Shown one piece after another: positions 54,198 to 64,000 of a DNA stretch of 64,000 nt. A model generated the notes under the pieces. It ran no database searches, had not been told where the DNA came from, and was given only the letters and a program-made list of their open reading frames with translations. Made by a program: the position numbers and the translations under genes. The stretch comes from Paludibacteraceae bacterium (GTDB lineage Bacteria > Bacteroidota > Bacteroidia > Bacteroidales > Paludibacteraceae), in assembly GCA_017632345.1 (NCBI GenBank), contig JAGBRL010000100.1, positions 4,850-68,849 on the forward strand, written 5' to 3'. The stretch's first letter is position 1; the number at the start of each line of letters is the position of its first letter.

Positions 54198-56924
54198 TTA
54201 GAACTCCTGCCCGATAATCAGGTGCAGGTTTCCGCCGCCTTTCTTGTTGTCCACATCACGGTCAAATCCGTAACCGTAGTCAACTCCGATGAGTCCGATC
54301 ATCGGCAAGAAGATACGGATACCGCCACCGACAGAGCGTTTCAGGTCGAAAGGATTGAACTCGTTAAATTCGTTCCATGAGTTACCTGCGTCTGCAAAAG
54401 CGAGCAGATATATGGTGGAAGTTGGCTGCAGCATAACCGGATACCTAAGCTCCATAGAGAGCTTTGTGTATATGTTACCTGCCTGTCTGCCTGAGATTGG
54501 GTCGCGAGGAGTCAGCGAGCCGTTTTCGTATCCGCGCAAAGAGACTGTTGTTGACGCGTATGTGCTGCTGTACCCGGACATTCCGTCACCGCCGACATAG
54601 TATCTTTCGAACGGAGAGCGTCGGTTCTCATTATAGTATCCGAGGAATCCGTACTCCGCACGAGTCATAAGCACGAGCTTCTGATTTGAAGATAGCGGAG
54701 TGAACATCTTCGCCTTGAATTCGGTCTTGTAATATTCAACCCATCTGAACAGGTCTTGCTGCATTGTCTTGTACTCGTCGTTAGAGATTGTGCCGTTCTT
54801 GTATTTAGCCACCAGCTCGTCAGTCTTGCTGTTGTCTGTGAACTTAGAGTAAGGCGGAGTGGCCTGCAGCATCAGCGAGAACGCGGAGCCTCTGCGTGTG
54901 TAGTAAGGGTTGTCGAGCGAGTTTCTGCTGAACGTCACAGCCGCGCTGAGGTTGTTTGCGTCTCCGGTCTGAAGTTCGAAATAAGACCAGTTGTTAAGCG
55001 AGTAGTGGCGGTACGCTAATTCTGCGTATATAGAGAAGTAGTCGTCCGGCCAAGAGAGTCTCGTACCTACCCCGACAGCCGCTCCGACAGTCACGATGTA
55101 CTCGTCCGGGTCTGCCTCGTATGCGTAATACGAATTGTTGTAGTAGTTGTTGTAATACGAATTGTCATAATAGCTGCTGTTCACGCCAGTCTGCTTAGAC
55201 CAATAGACAGATGTGGAGAAAGAGGTCGGACGTTTTCCGCCGAGCCAAGGCTCCATGAACGACAGGCTTGCCGCTGTATAATAACTTGCGTTTGTCTGGA
55301 AAGACAAAGAAAGCTGCTGTCCGTCGCCCTGAGGCAGCGGGCGGTAAGATTCGCCGTTAAAGATATTCTGTATGGAGAAGTTGGTGAACTTTAGTCCGAG
55401 CGACCCGATAACACCTGTTTGCCCCCATCCGAAAGACAGTTCAACCTGGTCGTTTCTCTTTTGCTCAAGGTTGTACACAATATCCACAGTTCCATCTTCC
55501 GGATTCGGTTTTGGCTGTATATCCATCTTTTCGGGGTCGAAGTGACCAGTCTGGGCAAGCTCTCTGGCCGAACGCTGCAAGTCAGACCTGCTGAAAAGCT
55601 GTCCGGGCTTAGTTCTTAGCTCACGACGGATAACGTGTTCATACACAGCGGTGTTCCCGTTGATTATCACTTCGTTAATAACAGCCTGGCGCCCTTCGTA
55701 TATGCGCATCTCCATATCAATAGAGTCTCCCTCTATATTAACTTCTACAGGGTCAACGTTAAAGAAGAGGTAGCCGTTGTCGAGGTACAAGCTGGACACG
55801 GCGTCTTCGTCCATCAGAAGCTTTTCCTGCAAAAGTTTCTGATTATAGACATCGCCCTTTTTGATGCCGAGGGCGGCGCTTAGGACTGGCGACGGGTAAA
55901 CCGTGTTGCCGACCCACGTGATATTTCTGAAGTAATATTTCTTACCTTCCTGCACTTTGAGGTATATGTCAACCTTGTTGTCTTTGTATGGCACAACGCT
56001 GTCTGAGACAAGTTCCGCGTCGCGGTATCCGAACTCGTTATACTTATCTATGAGCAGGTCTTTGTCGCTGTTATATTTCTCTCTGATGAATTTTTTAGAC
56101 TTGAAGAGATTCACAAGCTTTTTCTCTTTGGTCTCCTTCATCGCACGTTTAAGTTTTGACTCTTTAACACCTTCGTTTCCAGAGATATAGATACGGTGAA
56201 CTTTTATCTTCTCTTTTTTATCCACGTTGATGTCCACAATCACGTAGCCTGGCGATGCAGGGTCGTCTTTTGTGGAGATGGAGACCTCCGCCTTCTCAAA
56301 ACCTTTCTCTTCCAGTTTCTTTTTAAGCAGGCGTTTGGCTCTGTTCAGGATATTTGGCGAGATTTGGCTGCCCTTCACGATTCCTATGCCGCTCAGCACA
56401 TCCTCCTGCTCTTTTTTCTTCATGCCGTATATGTTGATTTCAGAGGCGCGCGGACGCTGTTTCATGGCGATTTCAAGCCAAATTTTGTCGCCTTCAATCT
56501 TTTTGGCAAAGATTTTCACGTCGCCGAAAAGCCCCTGCTTCCAGAAGCGTTTGATGGCAGCTGATATTTCGCTCCCCGGCACTTTTATTCGTTGCCCTTT
56601 ATGCAGGCCGGAGTAGTTGCGGATCACGTCTTTGTCGTACGAGTCTGCCCCGGTAATTTCAATATCTTGTATTGTGTATTCTCGTGGAGTCTGCGTGTAC
56701 TGAATAACCGCAGGCTCTTCTTTTTCGGGAGCTGCGTTCAAGTTCGTTTTGGCAGAGTCGGAGCCGACAGAGTCTGCCGTAGGAGCGTCTAGTTTGACTG
56801 CGGTCAAAGCTGAGTCCGTTGCAGCAGAATCCTTAGGTGCAGAAACGCTGAGCGAATCGGCCGACTGAGCCGACGCAAAGCTTAAAAAAACGTTAAAAAT
56901 CAGAAAGCTTAAAAAACGCTTCAT
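54198..56924 (-). CDS. bamA: Outer membrane protein assembly factor BamA
   Basis: 908 aa with N-terminal POTRA repeats, a C-terminal Omp85 barrel and a terminal ..LHLIIGQEF. Confidence 0.92.
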   Translation of the reverse strand: MKRFLSFLIFNVFLSFASAQSADSLSVSAPKDSAATDSALTAVKLDAPTADSVGSDSAKTNLNAAPEKEEPAVIQYTQTPREYTIQDIEITGADSYDKDVIRNYSGLHKGQRIKVPGSEISAAIKRFWKQGLFGDVKIFAKKIEGDKIWLEIAMKQRPRASEINIYGMKKKEQEDVLSGIGIVKGSQISPNILNRAKRLLKKKLEEKGFEKAEVSISTKDDPASPGYVIVDINVDKKEKIKVHRIYISGNEGVKESKLKRAMKETKEKKLVNLFKSKKFIREKYNSDKDLLIDKYNEFGYRDAELVSDSVVPYKDNKVDIYLKVQEGKKYYFRNITWVGNTVYPSPVLSAALGIKKGDVYNQKLLQEKLLMDEDAVSSLYLDNGYLFFNVDPVEVNIEGDSIDMEMRIYEGRQAVINEVIINGNTAVYEHVIRRELRTKPGQLFSRSDLQRSARELAQTGHFDPEKMDIQPKPNPEDGTVDIVYNLEQKRNDQVELSFGWGQTGVIGSLGLKFTNFSIQNIFNGESYRPLPQGDGQQLSLSFQTNASYYTAASLSFMEPWLGGKRPTSFSTSVYWSKQTGVNSSYYDNSYYNNYYNNSYYAYEADPDEYIVTVGAAVGVGTRLSWPDDYFSIYAELAYRHYSLNNWSYFELQTGDANNLSAAVTFSRNSLDNPYYTRRGSAFSLMLQATPPYSKFTDNSKTDELVAKYKNGTISNDEYKTMQQDLFRWVEYYKTEFKAKMFTPLSSNQKLVLMTRAEYGFLGYYNENRRSPFERYYVGGDGMSGYSSTYASTTVSLRGYENGSLTPRDPISGRQAGNIYTKLSMELRYPVMLQPTSTIYLLAFADAGNSWNEFNEFNPFDLKRSVGGGIRIFLPMIGLIGVDYGYGFDRDVDNKKGGGNLHLIIGQEF

Positions 56925-56944
56925 ATTAAATTAAAACAAAATAA

Positions 56945-57685
56945 TTATTTAGAAATCTGTTCGCTTGTTTTCCCGAAACGGCGTTCGCGACTTTGGTAGT
57001 CGAGAATAGCTTCGTAGAATTGCTGTTCCTTAAATTCGGGCCAACAGACATCAGTAAAATAAAGTTCGGAATAAGACAGCTGCCACATCAGGAAGTTGCT
57101 GATGCGCAGTTCGCCGCTTGTGCGAATGAGTAAATCAGGGTCCGGCATTCCGCCAGTCGCAAGCTTTGACGCGAAATACTCCTCGTTGATGCCGTCGAGG
57201 TCAACAGAGCCGTTTTTATAGTCGGCCGCAATTTTTTTCGCAGCCTCCAGAATCTCCCATCTGCTGGAGTAGCTTATAGCAAGCACAAGGGTCATGCCTG
57301 TAGAGCCGTTGGTCTTGTTGATAGCCTCCTGCATGTTAGTGCGGGTCTTTTCCGGCAAGCGGTCGTGGTCGCCGATTACGCACAGGCGCACGTTGTTGGC
57401 GAGGAGTTTCTCCATATTGGCGTTTATAGCCTCCACGAAGAGGTCCATCAGCGCGTTCACCTCGTCTTGCGGGCGGTTCCAGTTCTCTGTAGAGAAGGCG
57501 TAGAGAGTAAGGTACTCAATGCCCAGTTCCGCAGCCGCCTCCGTGATTCTGTCCACAGAGTCCACTCCGTTCTGATGCCCGTAAATTCTGTTTTTGCCCT
57601 GTTTTTTTGCCCATCGTCCGTTGCCGTCCATGATAACAGCGATATGGCGAGGCAAGAGCTCCTTATTTATCTTATCTTTAATCAT
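56945..57685 (-). CDS. uppS: Isoprenyl transferase (undecaprenyl diphosphate synthase)
   Basis: HIAVIMDGNGRWA and RTSGELRISNFLMWQ. I chose ATG 57685, because the longer ORF to 57739 would overlap the upstream gene. Confidence 0.9.
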   Translation of the reverse strand: MIKDKINKELLPRHIAVIMDGNGRWAKKQGKNRIYGHQNGVDSVDRITEAAAELGIEYLTLYAFSTENWNRPQDEVNALMDLFVEAINANMEKLLANNVRLCVIGDHDRLPEKTRTNMQEAINKTNGSTGMTLVLAISYSSRWEILEAAKKIAADYKNGSVDLDGINEEYFASKLATGGMPDPDLLIRTSGELRISNFLMWQLSYSELYFTDVCWPEFKEQQFYEAILDYQSRERRFGKTSEQISK

Positions 57686-57695
57686 GTTCAAAAAA

Positions 57696-58397
57696 TTATC
57701 TGTTCTCCATGCATTTGCCTCGCTCTCTGAAGATGTCAAACGTTAAGAATGCGAAGGCGAAAGAATACCAGTCGTTGTTTTTGAAAGAAGACTGTCCGGT
57801 GCCGTACGGATTTTCCAGAATCTCGTTATACACGTCCGTCACGTCGAAGTCGTCGCGGAAAAGCTTTCTCATAGACCATTCCACACCTATGTTAAGACGC
57901 TTTGTGAGTTTGTACTTATAGCCCACACCGAAAGTCAGGCTTGGCGAAAACTCGTTCCCGTTCCAGTCCTGATACATGGCAAGGCTCGGTCCGAGCAGCA
58001 CATAGGCTGTGTGGTAATAAACCTCCTTGTCCCACGAAGACAAACCGTATTTGAAGAAATTGAGTTCGACCTGTGCTCCTAGCTCAAAAAAGCTCCTTTC
58101 AAATTTTGCGTCCACATTGCCGGGCAGCTTGTTTTCCGGAAAGTTTCTGGTGTCTCCGGACACAGCCGCATGGGCAAAGTCAAACTTCACCATGAAGCGG
58201 TCGTTCATCTTTATTCGCAGCAGCGCGCCCACGGCCGGGTGATTTTCGACAAAAGGCTTTACAGAGTTTGCGTCTCCATTATAGTAAGAGACTCCGCCAA
58301 GCACTCCAAATTCGCCTATATATTGCGCGCTAGAAATTTGGCAGGCGAGCAACGTAACCAAAAGTGCAATATAATGTTTAAACTTTAAATTTCGCAT
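57696..58397 (-). CDS. Small outer-membrane beta-barrel protein (DUF6089-like)
   Basis: Signal peptide MRNLKFKHYIALLVTLLACQISSAQ, alternating aromatic beta-strand pattern, and a conserved position upstream of uppS-bamA. Confidence 0.55.
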   Translation of the reverse strand: MRNLKFKHYIALLVTLLACQISSAQYIGEFGVLGGVSYYNGDANSVKPFVENHPAVGALLRIKMNDRFMVKFDFAHAAVSGDTRNFPENKLPGNVDAKFERSFFELGAQVELNFFKYGLSSWDKEVYYHTAYVLLGPSLAMYQDWNGNEFSPSLTFGVGYKYKLTKRLNIGVEWSMRKLFRDDFDVTDVYNEILENPYGTGQSSFKNNDWYSFAFAFLTFDIFRERGKCMENR

Positions 58398-58757
58398 TAT
58401 GTTAATTATAAAAAGTACTTTATTGAGAACGAGAAAAAATTTCACTTATTTTGCCATTCTCGCTAAAATCTCACAAAAATACATAAATATCTTAGATTAT
58501 AGAAATAAAAAATGATACTGGAGTTGAAATTTAACAATAATTAAGAGATTTTTTGCAGTGTTGGCCGAACAAATCGGGGGCAGACATGTATTTTTGCGTT
58601 TTTGCACAGGTTGTGTTCAGTGTGTTTTACCTTAATATAATATGGAGAAGTTGACTTTGCCAAAGGAAAAGTTATTTGGAGAATTATTCCGAAAGAGTAT
58701 TTTTCGAATTTTGAAAAAAATATACGCAATCAAGGTTGAAGTTTTTTTGTAAATGTC

Positions 58758-58765
58758 TATATTTG
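58758..58765 (+). promoter_or_regulatory. -7 box TATATTTG upstream of dapB
   Basis: Matches TAnnTTTG, 29 nt before ATG 58794. Confidence 0.45.
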
Positions 58766-58793
58766 TAACTTGAAACAAAAAGTACATATAAAG

Positions 58794-59504
58794 ATGAAAA
58801 TAGCGTTGATAGGATACGGCAAGATGGGGAAGACCATCGAGCAGATTGCAAAAGATAGAGGTCACGAGATAGTGTCTATAATAGACATTGATAATTTGCA
58901 GGATTTTGAGTCGGAGGCGTTCAAGAGCGCTGATGTGGCGATTGAGTTCACTCGTCCGGATGTTGCGTTGGGCAATGTGCGCAAGTGCTTCGCGGCACGT
59001 GTGCCGGTGGTTGTTGGCACAACTGGCTGGAACCTGAACGATGTCAAGGAAGAGCTGGAGGCAAACGGCAACACTCTGTTCTGGGCGTCAAACTTCAGCC
59101 TTGGCGTGAACATTTTTGCGGCGGTGAACAGGTATCTTGCAAAGATAATGAACGGCTTCCCGGAATATAACGTGGAGATGGAGGAGGTGCACCATATACA
59201 TAAGCTGGATGCTCCGAGCGGAACAGCCATAACTCTTGCTGAAGATATTCTGAAGAATTTGGACCGTAAGCAGGCTTGGACAAAAGAGGCCGAAAATAGC
59301 GCGTCCGACTTGGCCATTAAGTCTATTCGCGAAGGTGAAGTTCCTGGCATTCATACGATTACGTACGATTCGCCGGTAGATTCTATAACTATTACGCATG
59401 ATGCGAAGAGCCGTGCCGGTTTCGCGCTTGGGGCTGTGGTCGCAGCTGAGTTCACTGCTGGAAAGAAGGGGCTGCTGGGCATGTGCGATATGCTTAAATT
59501 TTGA
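58794..59504 (+). CDS. dapB: 4-hydroxy-tetrahydrodipicolinate reductase
   Basis: MKIALIGYGKMGK and EEVHHIHKLDAPSGTA. Confidence 0.92.
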   Translation: MKIALIGYGKMGKTIEQIAKDRGHEIVSIIDIDNLQDFESEAFKSADVAIEFTRPDVALGNVRKCFAARVPVVVGTTGWNLNDVKEELEANGNTLFWASNFSLGVNIFAAVNRYLAKIMNGFPEYNVEMEEVHHIHKLDAPSGTAITLAEDILKNLDRKQAWTKEAENSASDLAIKSIREGEVPGIHTITYDSPVDSITITHDAKSRAGFALGAVVAAEFTAGKKGLLGMCDMLKF

Positions 59505-59559
59505 CAAAACTAATGATTCATAAAGGCGGGGCTGCTGCTCTGCCTCTAATTGATATAAT

Positions 59560-61074
59560 ATGACAAGTGAAGGTAAAAGAGGTTTGGCGCAGCGTTTCAA
59601 AGAGGCAAGCTTTAAGAAGAAGGTGAATTTCTTCGTCTTGGCTCTGTTGTGTCTGTTATTCGTTTTATGGTCTGGCAACCTTTGGGTTCTGCTGCTGATT
59701 CCGGTATTTGCGGAGATGTATCTGTTTGAATATGTGCAGTGGCGCAAGGTGCTGAAGTGGGACACGCTGAGGCTGTATATGCCGTGGAACGCGTGGAGAG
59801 ATTCTGAAAGCGGCTTGAAGAGGATGCTCGGACGTGCAAGCTACACTTGTGTGAAAACGATTGCGGAATGGACGGACGCTATTGTGTTCGCGCTGTTTGC
59901 TGTCTATTTTATCAATATCTATTTCTTTCAGAATTACCAGATTCCGACATCTTCGTTAGAGAAGTCTTTGCTGGTTGGCGACTACCTTTTCGTCAGCAAG
60001 CTTAGCTACGGCCCTCGCTCGCCGATGACGCCGCTCTCTTTCCCGCTCGCTCAGCACACGTTGCCGGTTCTTGAGTGCAAGTCGTACATCGAAAAGCCGC
60101 AGTGGGAGTATAATCGTCTGAAGGGCTTCGGAAATGTGAAACATAATGATATTGTGGTGTTTAACTTCCCGGCTGGAGACACGGTGGCGGAGAAGATGCA
60201 GAATGTGGACTATTATTCGCTTGTCGAGCGTTTCGGACGTGACCATGTGTGGAACAACCCGCATGTGTTCGGCAAGATTATCACACGCCCGGTGGACCGT
60301 CGCGAAAATTATGTGAAGCGCGCGGTGGCTTTGCCTGGCGATGTTCTGGAACTGAAAGATGGAGCGCTTTATCTGAACGGTGTCAAGCAGAATGACCCGG
60401 AAGGGCTGCAGTTCAACTATTTCGTGGAGACCACGTCGTTCTATGATGAAAAGATGTTTAGCACTCTCGGAATAAGCAAGGACGACCGTATGCTTATAAG
60501 TCAGGGTAACTCCAGCGCGGACTCGCTGCTTATGAATCTGGGCTACAGGAGGACTCCGGCTGGTCATTTCAATTTTGTTTATCATTTCCCTATGACAAAG
60601 AGCGCGCTGGCTAAGCTGAAGGCGATGGACAGAGGTCTCGTTAGCGTGATGATCGAGTCTGACTCAACTCTTGACTTGGGCAAGGTCTTCCCTTACAAAC
60701 TGGACAACGGTTGGACAAGGGACAATTTTGGGCCTATATGGATGCCTAAGAAGGGCGAGACGGTGGACCTTGATCTGAATAACATTGCGATTTATGAGCA
60801 GATTATCAGAAATTACGAACTTAACACTCTTGAGGTGAAGGACAGACAGATCTTCATTAACGGAGCGCCTGCCAGCTCTTACACGTTCAAAATGGACTAT
60901 TACTGGATGATGGGCGATAACCGACATAACTCGTCGGACTCAAGGTACTGGGGCTTTGTGCCTGAGGACCATATCGTGGGCAAACCTATATTTGTATGGA
61001 TGTCGATAGACAAGGACAAGTCCGGATTCTCTAGCGTTCGCACAGAAAGGATCTTCAAGAAAATTCATGACTAA
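59560..61074 (+). CDS. lepB: Signal peptidase I (long Bacteroidetes form)
   Basis: Ser box SSLEKSLLVGDYLFVSK, plus KRAVALPGD and GDNRHNSSDSRYWGFVPEDHIVGKP. Confidence 0.9.
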   Translation: MTSEGKRGLAQRFKEASFKKKVNFFVLALLCLLFVLWSGNLWVLLLIPVFAEMYLFEYVQWRKVLKWDTLRLYMPWNAWRDSESGLKRMLGRASYTCVKTIAEWTDAIVFALFAVYFINIYFFQNYQIPTSSLEKSLLVGDYLFVSKLSYGPRSPMTPLSFPLAQHTLPVLECKSYIEKPQWEYNRLKGFGNVKHNDIVVFNFPAGDTVAEKMQNVDYYSLVERFGRDHVWNNPHVFGKIITRPVDRRENYVKRAVALPGDVLELKDGALYLNGVKQNDPEGLQFNYFVETTSFYDEKMFSTLGISKDDRMLISQGNSSADSLLMNLGYRRTPAGHFNFVYHFPMTKSALAKLKAMDRGLVSVMIESDSTLDLGKVFPYKLDNGWTRDNFGPIWMPKKGETVDLDLNNIAIYEQIIRNYELNTLEVKDRQIFINGAPASSYTFKMDYYWMMGDNRHNSSDSRYWGFVPEDHIVGKPIFVWMSIDKDKSGFSSVRTERIFKKIHD

Positions 61075-61208
61075 GGGTCTTTTGGCATTCTATTTGTTAT
61101 ATTTTGATAAAGGCGGCTTCGCAAGGCGAGGTACTTTGAGGCTAATTTGAGGGTTGCCTGAATACGGGTCAGGGAGGCTGTCCGATATAACATTTAAATT
61201 TGTAGGTT

Positions 61209-62042
61209 ATGGGAAAGAAGTTTTTTTTATTTATAGCGTCTCTTGTCATGATGGCTCCGCTTTGCGCGGCAGAAAGGGCCGAGGATATTTTTCTTGACGA
61301 GATTGTATTCAAGGAGGGTGAACAGGCAAAGTTCAATCTTTACTATAATTGGGGATTCATATGGATTCATGCGGGCGATGTGGATTTTAAAGTCAGCAAG
61401 AAAAAGTATATGGAGAAGGACGTCTTTTCTCTTATGGTGGCAGGATACACTACGAATACGTTCGACAAAATGTACACCATCAGAGACACTTTTGAGTCTT
61501 ACATAGACCCGCTGTCTATGGTGCCTCTTTATTATAGAGAGTCGAAGCACGAAGACTCGTACACCGCCCAGATCAGGTATGTTTACCGACTTCAGGAGAA
61601 TGACAGCCTGAGCGTGGCCATCGACAGGAAAAAGCGATCGAAGCACATGGTTGACACGCTTCAGGTGTCTAAGCACACGTCGGACTTGATAGCAAGCTGC
61701 TATAAGATAAGAAACATAAATGTCAAAGGTCTGAAGAAAGACCAGGTTGTGCCGTTCTCTATGGTTTTTGACAATGAGACTTATGAACTTGGGCTTAAAT
61801 ACAAAGGCAAGGAGAACATAAAGCTCAGAAATGGAAAGAAATATAAGGCTCTGAAGTTTATGCCGACACTTATCACGGGCGACTTGTTTGAGAATGAGGA
61901 CGATATGGCTGTGTATGTCAGTGACGACGATAATCATATACCTCTTCTCATAGAGGCGAAAATTAAGGTCGGCTCTGTCAAGGCGATGCTGAACACGATA
62001 GAGAATCCGAAATATCCGCTATCTTCTTTGATAAAGAATTGA
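61209..62042 (+). CDS. DUF3108 domain protein (secreted)
   Basis: Signal peptide, then FNLYYNWGFIWIHAGDVDFKV as in DUF3108 proteins. Confidence 0.6.
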   Translation: MGKKFFLFIASLVMMAPLCAAERAEDIFLDEIVFKEGEQAKFNLYYNWGFIWIHAGDVDFKVSKKKYMEKDVFSLMVAGYTTNTFDKMYTIRDTFESYIDPLSMVPLYYRESKHEDSYTAQIRYVYRLQENDSLSVAIDRKKRSKHMVDTLQVSKHTSDLIASCYKIRNINVKGLKKDQVVPFSMVFDNETYELGLKYKGKENIKLRNGKKYKALKFMPTLITGDLFENEDDMAVYVSDDDNHIPLLIEAKIKVGSVKAMLNTIENPKYPLSSLIKN

Positions 62043-62080
62043 TTTGCGGAATGTTATTGTTGAGATAAATAGATTTTAAT

Positions 62081-63250
62081 ATGGCGAAGAAGATATTAGT
62101 TATAGATGATGAGCGCAGTATCAGGAATACTCTGAAAGATATTCTTGAGTTTGAGGGGTATGAGGTTACAATTGCAGAAGACGGAATCAAGGCTCTTGAG
62201 ATTATAAAGGGAGAGAAGTTCGACTTGACTTTGTGTGACATCAAGATGCCTCAGATGGACGGAATTGAAGTGCTTGAGAAACTGCAGGAGATTGAGAAGG
62301 ACCTGCCGGTTGTGATGATTTCTGGTCACGGAAATATAGACACAGCGGTGGAGTGCATCAAAAAAGGGGCGTTTGACTTTATTGAAAAGCCGATAGACCT
62401 GAACAGGCTGCTTGTGTGCGTGCGTAACGGTCTTGAACGCACGAACCTTGTTGCAGAGACAAAGGTCCTGAAGAAGAAGATTGAGAGCAAGTACCAGATG
62501 GTGGGAGAGTCTGCTCCTGTCAAACACTTGCGCGAGATTATAGAGCGTGTGGCTCCAACCGACGCGCGCGTCCTCATTACTGGCGAAAACGGTACCGGGA
62601 AAGAGGTGGTTGCCCGTCAGCTGTACGAACTGAGCAACAGGGCGTCTGCGCCGTTTGTGGAGGTGAACTGCGCCGCTATCCCGTCGGAACTGATTGAGAG
62701 CGAGCTGTTTGGGCATGAAAAGGGCTCGTTCACATCTGCAATCAAGCAGAGAATCGGAAAGTTTGAACAGGCCGACGGCGGCACAATATTCCTTGACGAA
62801 ATCGGAGACATGAGCATGTCTGCGCAGACCAAGGTGCTGCGCGTTTTGCAGGAAAACGAACTTACGCGAGTGGGCAGCGACAAAAGCATAAAGGTGAATG
62901 TGCGTGTCTTTGCCGCAACAAACAAGGACTTGAAGAAGGAAATCGAAAACGGTAACTTCCGCGAAGACTTGTTCCACCGTCTCAGCGTGATTCCTATCCA
63001 TATACCGCCGTTGCGCGAAAGGAAGGAGGATATTCCATTGCTGGTGAACTATTTCTGCGAGCAGATTTGTCAGGAACAAGGAGTTCCGACAAAGTCTTTT
63101 GACAGCAAAGCGATTGCAGAATTGCAGAATCATAGCTGGACAGGGAACATACGTGAGCTGCGCAATGTGGTGGAAAGGCTTATCATTCTGGGTTCGCAGG
63201 TGATTTCGGAAAACGAAGTCAAGATGTTTGCTTCGCCAGGGTTCTTGTAA
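62081..63250 (+). CDS. Sigma-54-dependent response regulator (REC + AAA+), no C-terminal HTH domain
   Basis: REC domain KILVIDDE..DIKMPQMDG. AAA+ domain with ITGENGTGKE (Walker A), IFLDEIGDM (Walker B) and ELFGHEKGSFTSA (GAFTGA variant GSFTSA). The protein ends ~20 aa after the AAA+ lid. Confidence 0.85.
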   Translation: MAKKILVIDDERSIRNTLKDILEFEGYEVTIAEDGIKALEIIKGEKFDLTLCDIKMPQMDGIEVLEKLQEIEKDLPVVMISGHGNIDTAVECIKKGAFDFIEKPIDLNRLLVCVRNGLERTNLVAETKVLKKKIESKYQMVGESAPVKHLREIIERVAPTDARVLITGENGTGKEVVARQLYELSNRASAPFVEVNCAAIPSELIESELFGHEKGSFTSAIKQRIGKFEQADGGTIFLDEIGDMSMSAQTKVLRVLQENELTRVGSDKSIKVNVRVFAATNKDLKKEIENGNFREDLFHRLSVIPIHIPPLRERKEDIPLLVNYFCEQICQEQGVPTKSFDSKAIAELQNHSWTGNIRELRNVVERLIILGSQVISENEVKMFASPGFL

Positions 63251-63424
63251 TTGGTTATGCTGAAACAGATTTAGGGCGGATTCGGATATTTCCCGAACTC
63301 GCCTCCTTGTGTCTTTGTTGCGGAAGTGACGAGATTTTAAGGAGTTAGAGGACAAAATGCTTTTTTCGTAGTTGAAGCAAGGCTGATTTTTTCAAAATTT
63401 CTTTGAAATGTTCGCCCTTTAATC

Positions 63425-63432
63425 TATATTTG
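63425..63432 (+). promoter_or_regulatory. -7 box TATATTTG upstream of the sdh/frd operon
   Basis: Matches TAnnTTTG, 57 nt before ATG 63489. Confidence 0.4.
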
Positions 63433-63488
63433 TGAGGATTTTTTGTAAAATATAAATAATTAAATATTCACTAAAACATTTTAATCTT

Positions 63489-64000
63489 ATGTGGTTAATT
63501 AACTCTTCGATTGGAAGAAAACTGATAATGAGTATATCAGGGCTTTTCCTTATTCTATTTTTGTTGTTTCACATGTCGATGAACCTTGTGGCTGTTTTCT
63601 CAGCAGAGGCTTATGACATGATTTGCGGCGCTTTGGGTGCGAACTGGTATGCTCTTGCCGGAACTGCTGTTCTTGCCGGAGGTTTTATCGTTCACGTTGT
63701 TTACGCAACTATCTTGACTCTCAAGAACCAGAAGGCTCGCGGTGAACAGGGTTACGCATACACTAACGCTCCTAAAGAAGTTAGTTTCGCGTCTCGTAAC
63801 ATGGGCGTGCTTGGCTCGATTGTGCTTTTGGGACTTTTGCTTCACATGGCAATGTTCTGGTACAAAATGCAGTTCGCTGAAATCATTGGATGTCATGACG
63901 TTGAGCTTGGAGACCAGATCGTTTCTCCAACAGCTGGAGCCGCTTTCATTCAGTACTACTTCGCTCAGCCTGTTGTGTGCATCATTTACTTGATCTGGTT
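63489..64000 (+). CDS. sdhC: Succinate dehydrogenase / fumarate reductase cytochrome b subunit (3' end outside window)
   Basis: My own translation from ATG 63489 is open to the window end: MWLINSSIGRKLIMSISGLFLILFLLFHMSMNLVAVFS..LGSIVLLGLLLHMAMFWYKMQF... It is polytopic with heme-ligand-type His residues. It is absent from the ORF track because there is no stop in the window. Confidence 0.75.
   Translation, partial: MWLINSSIGRKLIMSISGLFLILFLLFHMSMNLVAVFSAEAYDMICGALGANWYALAGTAVLAGGFIVHVVYATILTLKNQKARGEQGYAYTNAPKEVSFASRNMGVLGSIVLLGLLLHMAMFWYKMQFAEIIGCHDVELGDQIVSPTAGAAFIQYYFAQPVVCIIYLIW

Overview
This window reads as a chromosomal segment of a Bacteroidales (Bacteroidota) bacterium. Supporting signs are T9SS C-terminal sorting domains, BamA-Skp-Skp-UppS synteny, an acpP-fabF-rnc cluster, TAnnTTTG -7 promoter boxes and an argR-GNAT-argG-argC-argD operon.

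The first ~6.6 kb is a visibly AT-rich type III-A (Csm) CRISPR effector operon: a cas6 tail, then cas10, csm2, csm3, csm4 and csm5. Both Cas10 catalytic motifs (HD and GGDD) are intact. I see no CRISPR array, cas1/cas2 or recognisable cOA-sensing effector (Csm6/CARF/SAVED) anywhere in the window.

The most unusual items are at the 3' edge of that operon:
- Csm5 carries a ~200-aa charged, helical C-terminal extension.
- Five exactly 33-nt-phased direct repeats with a 22-nt core sit at the composition step.
- They are followed by a COG1373-type AAA ATPase with a PD-(D/E)xK tail, which has host-like G+C.
- An AT-rich junction then holds one small membrane-type ORF.

The rest is mostly housekeeping:
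- prfB, whose +1 frameshift site is directly readable
- fatty-acid, arginine, purine and envelope genes
- three T9SS cargo proteins: a C10 protease, a YD-repeat/GH5 cellulase and a type-B sorting protein
- transporters, malQ, and the start of the sdh/frd operon

Two tRNAs are present: initiator Met and Asp.

Other items worth a second look:
- A ~160-nt hairpin-rich element present twice (10.7 kb and 34.1 kb). The second copy is bracketed by a perfect 17-bp inverted repeat.
- A 1.3-kb ORF-poor region next to tRNA-fMet that contains a promoter-plus-hairpin small-RNA candidate.
- A secreted protein with 28 His in 73 residues, preceded by a sigma-54-like promoter.
- A 24-codon hydrophobic mini-ORF fused to a strong terminator.

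All coordinates of small motifs were indexed by hand (about +/-2 nt). No database search or folding calculation was run.
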